64,000 nucleotides of DNA, taken from Nostoc sp. TH1S01. GTDB taxonomy: Bacteria; Cyanobacteriota; Cyanobacteriia; Cyanobacteriales; Nostocaceae. Every line of letters starts with the position of its first letter. Position 1 is the first letter of the stretch. The DNA lies in assembly GCA_018993265.1 (NCBI GenBank), contig JAGKSW010000002.1, positions 20,609-84,608 on the forward strand. Reading direction: 5' to 3'. The notes under the pieces are model-generated. The model ran no database searches, was not told the origin of the DNA, and saw only the letters and a list, made by a program, of their open reading frames with translations. This document shows positions 39,899 through 49,996 of the stretch, in pieces. The position numbers were made by a program, and so were the translations under genes.

Positions 39899-41195
39899 CA
39901 GAAAAATGGGTAGAAACCCCGTCCTTGAAGGACGGCTTTACAAGGAATGAGGTAAAATGTGAGATATGGAAAAAGCCTACCGCTACCGTTTTTACCCAAC
40001 TACCGAGCAAGAACAGATATTGCGCCGGACAATTGGTTGTGTGCGGTTGGTTTTTAACCGGGCGTTGGCGGCGAGAACCGAGGCTTGGTACGAGAGGCAA
40101 GAACGAGTTGACTACGTTCAAACAAGCTCCATGTTGACGCAGTGGAAAAAGCTTGAAGACCTCCAATTTCTCAATGAGGTTAGCTGTGTACCACTGCAAC
40201 AAGGCTTGAGACATCTGCAAACAGCATTTACCAACTTCTTTGCTGGTAGGGCAAGATACCCTAATTTCAAAAACAAGCGTAGCGGTGGTAGTGCAGAGTT
40301 TACCAAGTCGGCTTTTCGGTGGAAAGATGGACAAGTCTATTTGGCTAAGTGTTCTGAGCCACTGCCAATTAAATGGTCTAGACAACTTCCCAGGGGATGT
40401 GAGCCTAGCACCATCACCGTTAGACTTGAACCCTCTGGACGCTGGTTTGTTAGTTTGCGGATCGATGACCCAACCGACGAAACCATGCAAAGAGTTGAGA
40501 GTGCTGTGGGGTTGGATGTTGGAGTAAGTAGCCTGATTACCCTGAGTACAGGTGAAAAGATTGCTAACCCCAAAGCCTTTGATAAGTACTATCAGAAACT
40601 GCGGAAAGCCCAGAAGTCTTTGAGTCGCAAACAGAAATCCTCCCGTAATCGGGATAAGGCAAGACTCAAAGTAGCTCGTCTTCAAGCTAAAATTTCTGAT
40701 TCCAGAAAAGACCATTTGCACAAACTGACAACTCGACTGATTCGTGAAAACCAAACGATAGTTGTTGAGGATTTGGCGGTTAAGAACATGGTCAAAAATC
40801 CCAAACTGGCTCGTGCTATCAGCGATGCTGCATGGGGTGAGTTGGTGAGACAACTGGATTACAAAGCTCTTTGGTACGGTCGAACAGTAGTAAAAATTGA
40901 CCGTTGGTTCCCTAGCTCTAAACGCTGTGGTAACTGTGGTCACGTTGTTGATAAATTGCCGTTGAGCATCAGAGAGTGGGATTGTCCTAACTGTGGGACG
41001 CACCACGACCGGGATGTCAATGCGGCTCAGAACATTTTGGCGGTGGGACACACCGTTACAGTCTGTGGAGCGAACATCAGACCTGATAGGCATAAGTCTA
41101 AAGGGCAGTTGCGAAAAACCCGTAAGGGAAGGAAACAGAAACCTAAATCGTGAGGTTTAGGAATCACCGTGGCTTTAGCCCCGTGATGATGTCAA
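39899..41195 (+). mobile_element. IS200/IS605-family (IS1341-type, tnpB-only) insertion sequence
   Basis: Left-end hairpin AAACCCCGTCCTTGAAGGACGG; right-end hairpin ATCACCGTGGCTTTAGCCCCGTGAT ending in GATGTCAA at 41195. The left boundary is approximate. Confidence 0.8.
39966..41153 (+). CDS. tnpB: RNA-guided endonuclease TnpB
   Basis: AYRYRFYPT HTH; RuvC residues in VGLDVG, VVEDL and DRDVNAA; zinc finger CGNC/CPNC. Confidence 0.95.
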   Translation: MEKAYRYRFYPTTEQEQILRRTIGCVRLVFNRALAARTEAWYERQERVDYVQTSSMLTQWKKLEDLQFLNEVSCVPLQQGLRHLQTAFTNFFAGRARYPNFKNKRSGGSAEFTKSAFRWKDGQVYLAKCSEPLPIKWSRQLPRGCEPSTITVRLEPSGRWFVSLRIDDPTDETMQRVESAVGLDVGVSSLITLSTGEKIANPKAFDKYYQKLRKAQKSLSRKQKSSRNRDKARLKVARLQAKISDSRKDHLHKLTTRLIRENQTIVVEDLAVKNMVKNPKLARAISDAAWGELVRQLDYKALWYGRTVVKIDRWFPSSKRCGNCGHVVDKLPLSIREWDCPNCGTHHDRDVNAAQNILAVGHTVTVCGANIRPDRHKSKGQLRKTRKGRKQKPKS

Positions 41196-41217
41196 CAGTG
41201 ACATACTCAACTGATAT

Positions 41218-41344
41218 AGAACTTACGCAAGAAAACGAAAAATTAAGGTTTGAGAGCAGGATGTAGGTATTCAAAACCCTTATACCCTTGAACCCTTAGA
41301 CCCTTACACCCATTCTTAACAGACAATCTTTATGCGTAAGTCCT
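41218..41344. repeat. Miniature element with (G/A)ACTTACGCA...TGCGTAAGTCC terminal inverted repeats
   Basis: The same ends occur at 63648-63819, and the left end at 57627. Confidence 0.7.
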
Positions 41345-41837
41345 GATAACTACGCTGATGTTTAATCTTCGCTAAAAAATTAATATTTTATAAATTTTTG
41401 TAATAAATATATCTGCTGTGAGATGTTTGCGATATTGTAGATTACGTCTAAATATACGCGGTAAACTCTCCTTCACCGTGTATTCAAAACCTCAAACCAG
41501 CCTAAAAGCCTTGTTTTTCTAACAAGTACTCACATACTAATGGCTGAGGTAAATAAAATTCTGCAAGTTTAACTTGTGTTATCAATACAACTTTCAAGAC
41601 AGCTAATTTTTTCGTTACGCATCCACGATGACTTGTGAGGAAAATTGCCAGTTTTGTGGTGGTAATTACCGTACAAAACCGAATTTATCCTAAAACAACC
41701 AGAGTTTGTTATGGTATAGTTAGAAAGTTAAGACTAGCTTTACCAATTTCAAAGCTCTACGCATCGATAACAATTGCCAAGCGGAAAGCAGTTTTGATTA
41801 AGCATTTACCTAAACGAAATCTGAATTAATCTAGGTT

Positions 41838-42056
41838 ATGACTCAGCAAGTAATTCACCCAATGGTGAAATTGCAGCGTAACGTGCAATCACTCGTAGAA
41901 TCCAATATCATCAAACCAACTGATAGCATTTGGAAAATTGCCTTTCTCTATGGCAATGACTGGCAGCACTGGAAACAGGAACTGTTAGACTTTGGCTTCA
42001 GTATGCAAGACCCAATCAGTGAACTGTTGGCAGTGGAAGCATGGGATGAAGAATAA
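41838..42056 (+). CDS. DUF4327 family protein
   Basis: HPMVKLQRNVQSLV...DWQHWKQELLDFGFSMQDPI. Confidence 0.85.
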   Translation: MTQQVIHPMVKLQRNVQSLVESNIIKPTDSIWKIAFLYGNDWQHWKQELLDFGFSMQDPISELLAVEAWDEE

Positions 42057-42124
42057 AGGATGAAGTATGAAGTATGAAATTAAATTTTCACCTTTAGCCT
42101 TCATTCTTCCTCATCCATAGCAAC

Positions 42125-43390
42125 CTAAGCTTTGCAAGCTGCTAATGCAGTGGCTAACTCTCTAGCAGTTTGATAGCGATCGCGTGGTAATGGCTCTGTC
42201 ACACGTTCAATCACCTCTCTGATTTGGGGTGTAATCGTGGGAGAGTTAGCCACATCAAACCGAAAATTTCGTCCCTTTTGGCGGAAAAATTTAAAAGGGT
42301 TTTCCCCAGTCAGCAAAAAAATTAGTGTTGGCCCAATGGCGTATAAATCTGATTGAATCAGAGGTTGTCCCCGTTCCTGTTCAGGAGCGCAATAACCTTC
42401 TGCACCAATTCGAGTCCCTGGTGTTGTGCCAATTTCTTTCACAGCACCAAAATCTAGTACCACTACATGATTATTAGCATTTCGCACCATCAGGTTAGCG
42501 GGTTTAATGTCACGATGAATCAGTGGTGGTTCTTGGCTATGCAAATAGTCTAAAATGTCGCAGGTTTGAATCATCCAGGCGATCGCTTGGCTAGGCGTGA
42601 CAGGCCCTGTCATCTGGACGCGTTTTTCCAAATCTTGTCCATGAACTAATTCCATAGCCAAGTATTTTTTGCCACCTTCGACAAAAAAGTCGTAATACTT
42701 GGGAATTCCTGGGTGATTGAGAGATTTTAGCGTATGAGCTTCTCGCTCAAATAATTCTTGGGCTTTGGCAATTTTCGCCATATCAGCGTTCATTTGTTTT
42801 AAGACCAAAAGTTGTGGATTTCCACTCATCCAGCCTTTTGTATCCCAAGCTAAATAAGTGGTTCCCATACCTCCCTGGCCTAGAGTTCGCAACACCTGAT
42901 ATTGACGAATCGTCTGTTGCACTGATAAAGGTTGACCACAATGAATGCAAAATAAATTTTGCGGTGAATTACCTTCATGGGTGCATGTGTAAGCAGCTCT
43001 AGCAGGGTCATGATTTGCAGACACTGATGCAGCCAATTTTTCTGACTCTGGATGAGTTTCGGGCAGTATTTCCTGAATTTGAAATTGCAGTATCGGCCCT
43101 CCCTGCGCCAGTTGCAGGATGGCATTATTAGGTAATTGACTTTGAATTACCAAAATGCCATTCAGGAAAGTACCATTGGTACCTTGACTGTATATCTGCC
43201 AAGATTCATCCTGAGTGCCAGCACTGACTTGCCTGAGTTCTAAATGATGTCGGGAAACCAAACTATCGGATAAAACCACATGATTGTCCGCCGCTCGACC
43301 AATGCGAATTACGGCGGAGTTATCAAAGCACCACTGTTTCAGAGGTGTTTTGTGTTGCGGTTCTAACAGTGTCACAATAACCACAATCAA
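42125..43390 (-). CDS. FHA-domain Ser/Thr protein kinase
   Basis: IGRAADN/VSRHH FHA domain; GQGGMG, HRDIKPAN and DFG. Confidence 0.93.
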   Translation of the reverse strand: MIVVIVTLLEPQHKTPLKQWCFDNSAVIRIGRAADNHVVLSDSLVSRHHLELRQVSAGTQDESWQIYSQGTNGTFLNGILVIQSQLPNNAILQLAQGGPILQFQIQEILPETHPESEKLAASVSANHDPARAAYTCTHEGNSPQNLFCIHCGQPLSVQQTIRQYQVLRTLGQGGMGTTYLAWDTKGWMSGNPQLLVLKQMNADMAKIAKAQELFEREAHTLKSLNHPGIPKYYDFFVEGGKKYLAMELVHGQDLEKRVQMTGPVTPSQAIAWMIQTCDILDYLHSQEPPLIHRDIKPANLMVRNANNHVVVLDFGAVKEIGTTPGTRIGAEGYCAPEQERGQPLIQSDLYAIGPTLIFLLTGENPFKFFRQKGRNFRFDVANSPTITPQIREVIERVTEPLPRDRYQTARELATALAACKA

Positions 43391-43483
43391 ACCTGCATAA
43401 AAAATAGGGAGTAGGGAGTAGGGATTAGGGGCTAGGGGCTAGAGACTAGATATGAGGAAAAACTTTGATCTAACCTCTAATCT

Positions 43484-45481
43484 CTAGCCTCTAGTCCCTG
43501 AATTATCCATATTTGGGCGGACTTTTGCCCGCACAAGTATTGCAGTAATGTTGTCATGACCATTTTTTTGGTTTGCCAAATCAATTAATTCGTTGACACC
43601 CCGTTCTAAGCTAGCACCAGAACTTAATAAAGGAAGTAAATGAGTCTTCCAGTGGGTTTCTAGTAAATCATTATCTGATAAACCGTCAGAGGCGAGAATT
43701 AGCAAACTATCTTCATTAATGTCAAAAAATTCTACATCAGGATAGATGGCGCTTTCGTCACGCGGCCCCAAAGCTTGCGTTAATTGATAAGCATCTGGAC
43801 GCGCATAAGCTATACTAGGTTCTACTCCCCGTGCAATTTCCCTCTGTCCAACTTCATGGTCTACAGTGATTTGTTCTAGCCCTCGTTTGCGAGTTAAGCG
43901 ATAGAGACGGCTATCTCCGACATGAGCAACTACTGCTTCAGTATCTTGAATTACCAAGATAACCAAAGTCGTACCCATACGTCCAACTCCCGAACGGGCA
44001 TCTTGTTGATTTAGCTGATAAATTGCTTGATTAGCCAAATAAACTGCCTCGCGCATATTTTCTTCGGTTGGGCGCTGGTCGGTTGCCCAAAGTTCTTGAA
44101 AATATTGCCGCACGGTGTTGACTGCTAATTCACTGGCTATTTCACCACCAGCATGACCACCCATACCATCACAGAGGATATATAAACCACGGGCTTGGAA
44201 AACTCTGTTTCTGGGAAATTCTAACTTCTCAACTTTAGTGTCAATGCCAAAGTAGTCTTCGTTATGCTGACGCTGACGACCTACATCAGTGCGGCCGACA
44301 TCTTCTAGACTGCTTAACTGCATTGACAGCACAATCGTGGGTAAATCGTCGCTTTTGGCAAAACTATCTTCATCTAGCTCATTTTCTAACTGGATGACAG
44401 TGGGTGCAGTTGGATGTTGGTTAGCAGTTGGCGAAAAACTGGGAATTGGGGATGCTTCTAGTTCTGTGGCGATCGCTTCTAGACGCGATCGCAACTGAGC
44501 GATGGTTGGAATTTTCCCCAGTTTTAAATCATCAAAAATTTGCAATACAGCACCAAACTGAGTACGTTGAGACTGTCTAAATAATTTCTGCCAAATCTCC
44601 CCCAAAACTTTTACACTAAAGGGCTGTTCTGTTAGTGACAATGTTTCGTCTTCCGCTGCGTCATCTGCGTCTACGTTACTCTCCCGATACAATCTTGCTA
44701 AAGCCAGGGTTTGGTCTTCATCCAAGCGCAGATTCGACAACTCCAGCAGACTTTGACGACATTTTACTGGTTCTAACACTGCCCAAAGTTGAGTCATTTG
44801 ATAAAACCAATGTAAAATTTGTAACGAGCTTGTTGTCTCTTCTTTCCAGAGGTCAATTAACCTTGGCCAATCAGAACGGTCTTCAATTAAGAGAACCTGG
44901 GTATTACCTTCCTGCCAAGCATCGTGAATTACTGGTATTCCTGCTTGATTTTTTGACTGTAATTGTACATAAGCATTAGCTAACCGAGGAATGCCCATTT
45001 CTTTACCTGTTGAGGTTAACAATCCTTGGTTTTGATTTTCTAATATTGCTTCAATCGGTGATATCTGATACGGTTGACAATCTAGAACTCGTACACAAAC
45101 TTCTGTCTGGCTGATATTTTCCTCTGAGATGGGTAGAGGTTCTAAAAGTTGATAACGTTGTTCTTTATCTATGTAAGAACCTGCTTTCAACACAGGTCTA
45201 GCAGACAGCGGTACAGTATATTCCGTGGAAAGAGGTAAAGTTGGTAAATCATCCTGATCATCTTGCCAACTGCCTAATTCCCAGTCCCCGCTTGCTTCCT
45301 TAGTAATAATTGCCCGCCAAATTTTGCCACATTCTGCACCGCAGTTATCACAACTTTGGGCGTTCAATGGTACTTCTGTACCACATTCATGACAGACATG
45401 ATGAGTCAGGGAGGTGCCACAGTTTTGACAAAATTTATTAGCATTGGGGTTTTCAAATTTACACTGAGGGCAAATCAGCAT
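43484..45481 (-). CDS. PP2C-type Ser/Thr phosphatase with N-terminal double zinc ribbon
   Basis: CPQC/CQNC/CHEC/CDNC; NEDYF, LCDGMGG, LASDGL and GHDNIT. Confidence 0.92.
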   Translation of the reverse strand: MLICPQCKFENPNANKFCQNCGTSLTHHVCHECGTEVPLNAQSCDNCGAECGKIWRAIITKEASGDWELGSWQDDQDDLPTLPLSTEYTVPLSARPVLKAGSYIDKEQRYQLLEPLPISEENISQTEVCVRVLDCQPYQISPIEAILENQNQGLLTSTGKEMGIPRLANAYVQLQSKNQAGIPVIHDAWQEGNTQVLLIEDRSDWPRLIDLWKEETTSSLQILHWFYQMTQLWAVLEPVKCRQSLLELSNLRLDEDQTLALARLYRESNVDADDAAEDETLSLTEQPFSVKVLGEIWQKLFRQSQRTQFGAVLQIFDDLKLGKIPTIAQLRSRLEAIATELEASPIPSFSPTANQHPTAPTVIQLENELDEDSFAKSDDLPTIVLSMQLSSLEDVGRTDVGRQRQHNEDYFGIDTKVEKLEFPRNRVFQARGLYILCDGMGGHAGGEIASELAVNTVRQYFQELWATDQRPTEENMREAVYLANQAIYQLNQQDARSGVGRMGTTLVILVIQDTEAVVAHVGDSRLYRLTRKRGLEQITVDHEVGQREIARGVEPSIAYARPDAYQLTQALGPRDESAIYPDVEFFDINEDSLLILASDGLSDNDLLETHWKTHLLPLLSSGASLERGVNELIDLANQKNGHDNITAILVRAKVRPNMDNSGTRG

Positions 45482-45725
45482 AGTGGAAGTTCCTTTATTC
45501 CCGTTCCAAGGTGCTTCTAGCCACTAATATCCAAAGTGCCACAATTATTTGCCCCTGCCTACAGTAGACCTACAAGAGATTGTGGTTTCACCAGTGAATT
45601 TTGGTGGCCGTATTAATTGTGACGCATATTAGCTAAATATTTTAGATAACGGCAAATAAATTTTGCTCTTGTAAAAGAGGACAAGTAATTTTTCAGTCAG
45701 AAATATACCGAAATTTCCTCCTATT

Positions 45726-47045
45726 TTATATTTGGTGATGCAACGGTAATTGAATAGCAAAATAGGTACTATTAGACCGGCTTTCTACCTCTATTGTTCC
45801 TTCTAATTGTTTAATTAATTTTTGAACTAATGCTAAACCTAATCCTGTACCACCTTGTTTCCAGGGATCATTACTAGGAATGCGGTAGAATTTTTCAAAA
45901 ATATGTGGTAATTCTGAACTGGGGATTTCGGCACCCGAATTAATTACTTGAAATTGGATATTTTTTAACTTTAATTGAGCAGAAATTGTAATTTCGGCAT
46001 CTGGAGGGCTAAATTTACAGGCATTAGTTAGAAGTTCTATGAAGATCCGCTCTAGGCTAAAAGGATCGCAAACCAATGGCGGGAGATGAGGCTCTATACT
46101 TAGATGTACCTTTTGCTTACATATAGCTCGGTTCCGTGCTTGAAATAACTCTACAACTCGCCACAGCCATTGTTGGACTTGAATAGTTTCCAGCACCCAA
46201 GGTTTAGCACTGCTGTCTAACCTTTGTAAATCGAGAAAGTTATTAATCAGGTTGATTTCTCGTTCACACTCGTTATCTAAAATGGCAAAATAGCGAGCTG
46301 CTTTCGAGCGTTCTGCTGGTGGCTTGGCGATATCCAGTAAAAAATTTTGCTCTTGGTGTAGGGCAATTCCTAACATTTGAATCGCCATTTTCATATTTGT
46401 CAGTGGTGTGCGGAGTTCGTGAGAAACTGTGCTGAGAAATTCTTCCTTGAGGCGACTGAGACTTTCGATTTCTGCCAACTGCGCCTGGATTGTGGTTTGG
46501 CTGCTTTGTTGACTCACTTCTTGGTTTTTTTCAGCGGTAATGTCCTCACACACCATCAAAATTACGGGACTTTTTTCAGGATATTCGCCTTCGGGCAATA
46601 TTTTGAGGTTGGTTTTGACCCATGTAATTTTACTATCAGGGCAGTTGAGGCGATATTCTCCATTGATAGAGTGGCTGGGGTGAGTAGCACTAAAAAGCTC
46701 AATGAATGCTTCAGAAAGTTTTTGTTTGTCTGATAGCTCCAGCAAATTAAACACAGAGGTTTTAATTAATTCTTCTGGTTTGTAGCCTAGACAATTAGCT
46801 CCAAATTGGTTGACAGAGATAATTATCCCCGCTGCATTCACACTAAAGTAAATCGCTGGGGTATGTTCATAAAGGCTGCGATACCATTGGAGTTCTGCTT
46901 GTGTACGCCGGAGCATTTCTGCTGTGTACAATTCTAAATCCGAGGTTGGTTCAGGCACAAGTTCCAAGCGAGCCGGAGGGGCTGACAAGGTATCTTGTTG
47001 TTCGTGTGTTTGATGCCAGAGCGATCGCTGATTAAAGCTCATCAT
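45726..47045 (-). CDS. PAS-domain sensor histidine kinase
   Basis: PAS domain; SHELRTPLT, NACKFS and GGTGLGL. Confidence 0.93.
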   Translation of the reverse strand: MMSFNQRSLWHQTHEQQDTLSAPPARLELVPEPTSDLELYTAEMLRRTQAELQWYRSLYEHTPAIYFSVNAAGIIISVNQFGANCLGYKPEELIKTSVFNLLELSDKQKLSEAFIELFSATHPSHSINGEYRLNCPDSKITWVKTNLKILPEGEYPEKSPVILMVCEDITAEKNQEVSQQSSQTTIQAQLAEIESLSRLKEEFLSTVSHELRTPLTNMKMAIQMLGIALHQEQNFLLDIAKPPAERSKAARYFAILDNECEREINLINNFLDLQRLDSSAKPWVLETIQVQQWLWRVVELFQARNRAICKQKVHLSIEPHLPPLVCDPFSLERIFIELLTNACKFSPPDAEITISAQLKLKNIQFQVINSGAEIPSSELPHIFEKFYRIPSNDPWKQGGTGLGLALVQKLIKQLEGTIEVESRSNSTYFAIQLPLHHQI

Positions 47046-47245
47046 ATTAAACTTGTACCCAAAGGCTAAAGTTCATTAATAGGGAATAAAAAAATTCATT
47101 ATAATTTTTTTGGTTAAATTTAGCCATTTGCAGCCAAATAAACTCTTTCCCACTGTTTAATGCTTTCTTTTGATAGCTGACATCCACAGATTATTGATCA
47201 CGTTTGTTTACATCTATTTATTAATTCACCCGAAAAATGTATTGA

Positions 47246-47866
47246 CTAAGAAAATTTAGACCTCTTAGTTTCAGATACGGCATACTTGTTAGGTAAGTTA
47301 TGCAGCAATTTGAGTTCCGATGCACTCAAGTCACGCCACTGACCTAGTGGTAGTCCATCTAAATTAAGATGGGCTATGCTTACCCTGATCAGTCGCAAAG
47401 TGGGAAACCCTACAGCCGCCGTCATACGTCGCACTTGGCGATTTTTGCCTTCTGTTAAAGTCATTTCTAACCAGGCTGTTGGCACATTTTTGCGAAATCT
47501 GATGGGTGGGTTGCGATCGCACACTGGTGGATCTTCGGGTAACAGTCTCACTTGTGCAGGCCGAGTGCGGTAATCTTGAATTTCTACACCCCTTTGCAAT
47601 TTGGTTATAGCATCTACATCAGGAATCCGCTCTACTTGTACCCAGTAAGTTCGCTGATGGCCAAAACGCGGATCAGACAGCCGATGTTGCAATTTTCCAT
47701 CGTTGGTTAACAGTAATAACCCTTCACTGTCCCAATCTAAACGCCCTACAGGATAGACATCAGGCACATCAATATAATCTTTGAGGGTGCTATGGTTTGG
47801 GGTTTCTTGCGTAAATTGGCTGAGAACACCGTAAGGTTTGTGAAAAATTATATACCTATTAGTCAT
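47246..47866 (-). CDS. rRNA pseudouridine synthase (RluE/RsuA family)
   Basis: [31 protein letters not shown]. Confidence 0.93.
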   Translation of the reverse strand: MTNRYIIFHKPYGVLSQFTQETPNHSTLKDYIDVPDVYPVGRLDWDSEGLLLLTNDGKLQHRLSDPRFGHQRTYWVQVERIPDVDAITKLQRGVEIQDYRTRPAQVRLLPEDPPVCDRNPPIRFRKNVPTAWLEMTLTEGKNRQVRRMTAAVGFPTLRLIRVSIAHLNLDGLPLGQWRDLSASELKLLHNLPNKYAVSETKRSKFS

Positions 47867-48299
47867 TGGTCAAAGGTCATTTGTCATTAGTTATTTGTAA
47901 AGACGCAGGAGGTAGAAGTTTAAAATATGAAATTTCTGGCTTCAAATTTGAGACTATTTACTTCTCGTCCCTGTATCTCTTATTTCCTTATCTCTTCTGT
48001 TTGCCCCAGGTTTAGCTTAAAATACATTTATACTAATCCGTAGCTAAATTTCTTAATTACGAACTACGACACAAGTAATTTTATGTCAATGTATAGATAT
48101 CTTACTTACACACTCCTCTTTGCGTCTCTGCGCCTTTGCGTGAGATAAAAAATATTGTTTGGCAACAAAACCTCTAACTGTGAGTTACACCGCCTCAATC
48201 ACACCACAGCAGATTCATAAAGTAATAACAGAAATAGCGATCGCTCTCTCGCACATCCTCATAAATTGTTAACCCTCTTGCTCCCAACCCTAAACAAGG

Positions 48300-48308
48300 T
48301 GGTACAAT
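48300..48308 (+). promoter_or_regulatory. Extended -10 element (TGnTACAAT) upstream of the TPP riboswitch
   Basis: TGGTACAAT located about 10 nt before the riboswitch. Confidence 0.5.
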
Positions 48309-48316
48309 CTACATCC

Positions 48317-49790
<1,474 letters not shown>

Positions 49791-49798
49791 ATATTTTG

Positions 49799-49888
49799 AA
49801 ACGCGGAGGTACACAGAGGTAAACGCAGAGTATCGCTGAGAAAACTTTGCGTAACTCTGCGTTTTCCCTTGCGAACCTCTGCGTTAAC
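49799..49888. repeat. Palindromic CGCAGAG-type dispersed repeat after thiC
   Basis: AACGCGGAGG...AAACGCAGAG / CTCTGCG...CCTCTGCGTT inverted repeats. Confidence 0.6.
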
Positions 49889-49996
49889 AAGAATTCGTTA
49901 TGTTTGTGGACTAATTTCGCAAAAATGATGATGCTGCAAGACCATTTTCGTCCACCACTGTCTGTTCGCCGTCACGGCTAATTTTTTCAGATCACA

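Noticed and set aside
39804-41093. 429-aa ORF antisense to tnpB
   Set aside because: It fully overlaps an intact tnpB on the opposite strand and has no recognisable motifs. I also checked its 3' part for a tnpA remnant and found no HUH or catalytic Tyr motif.
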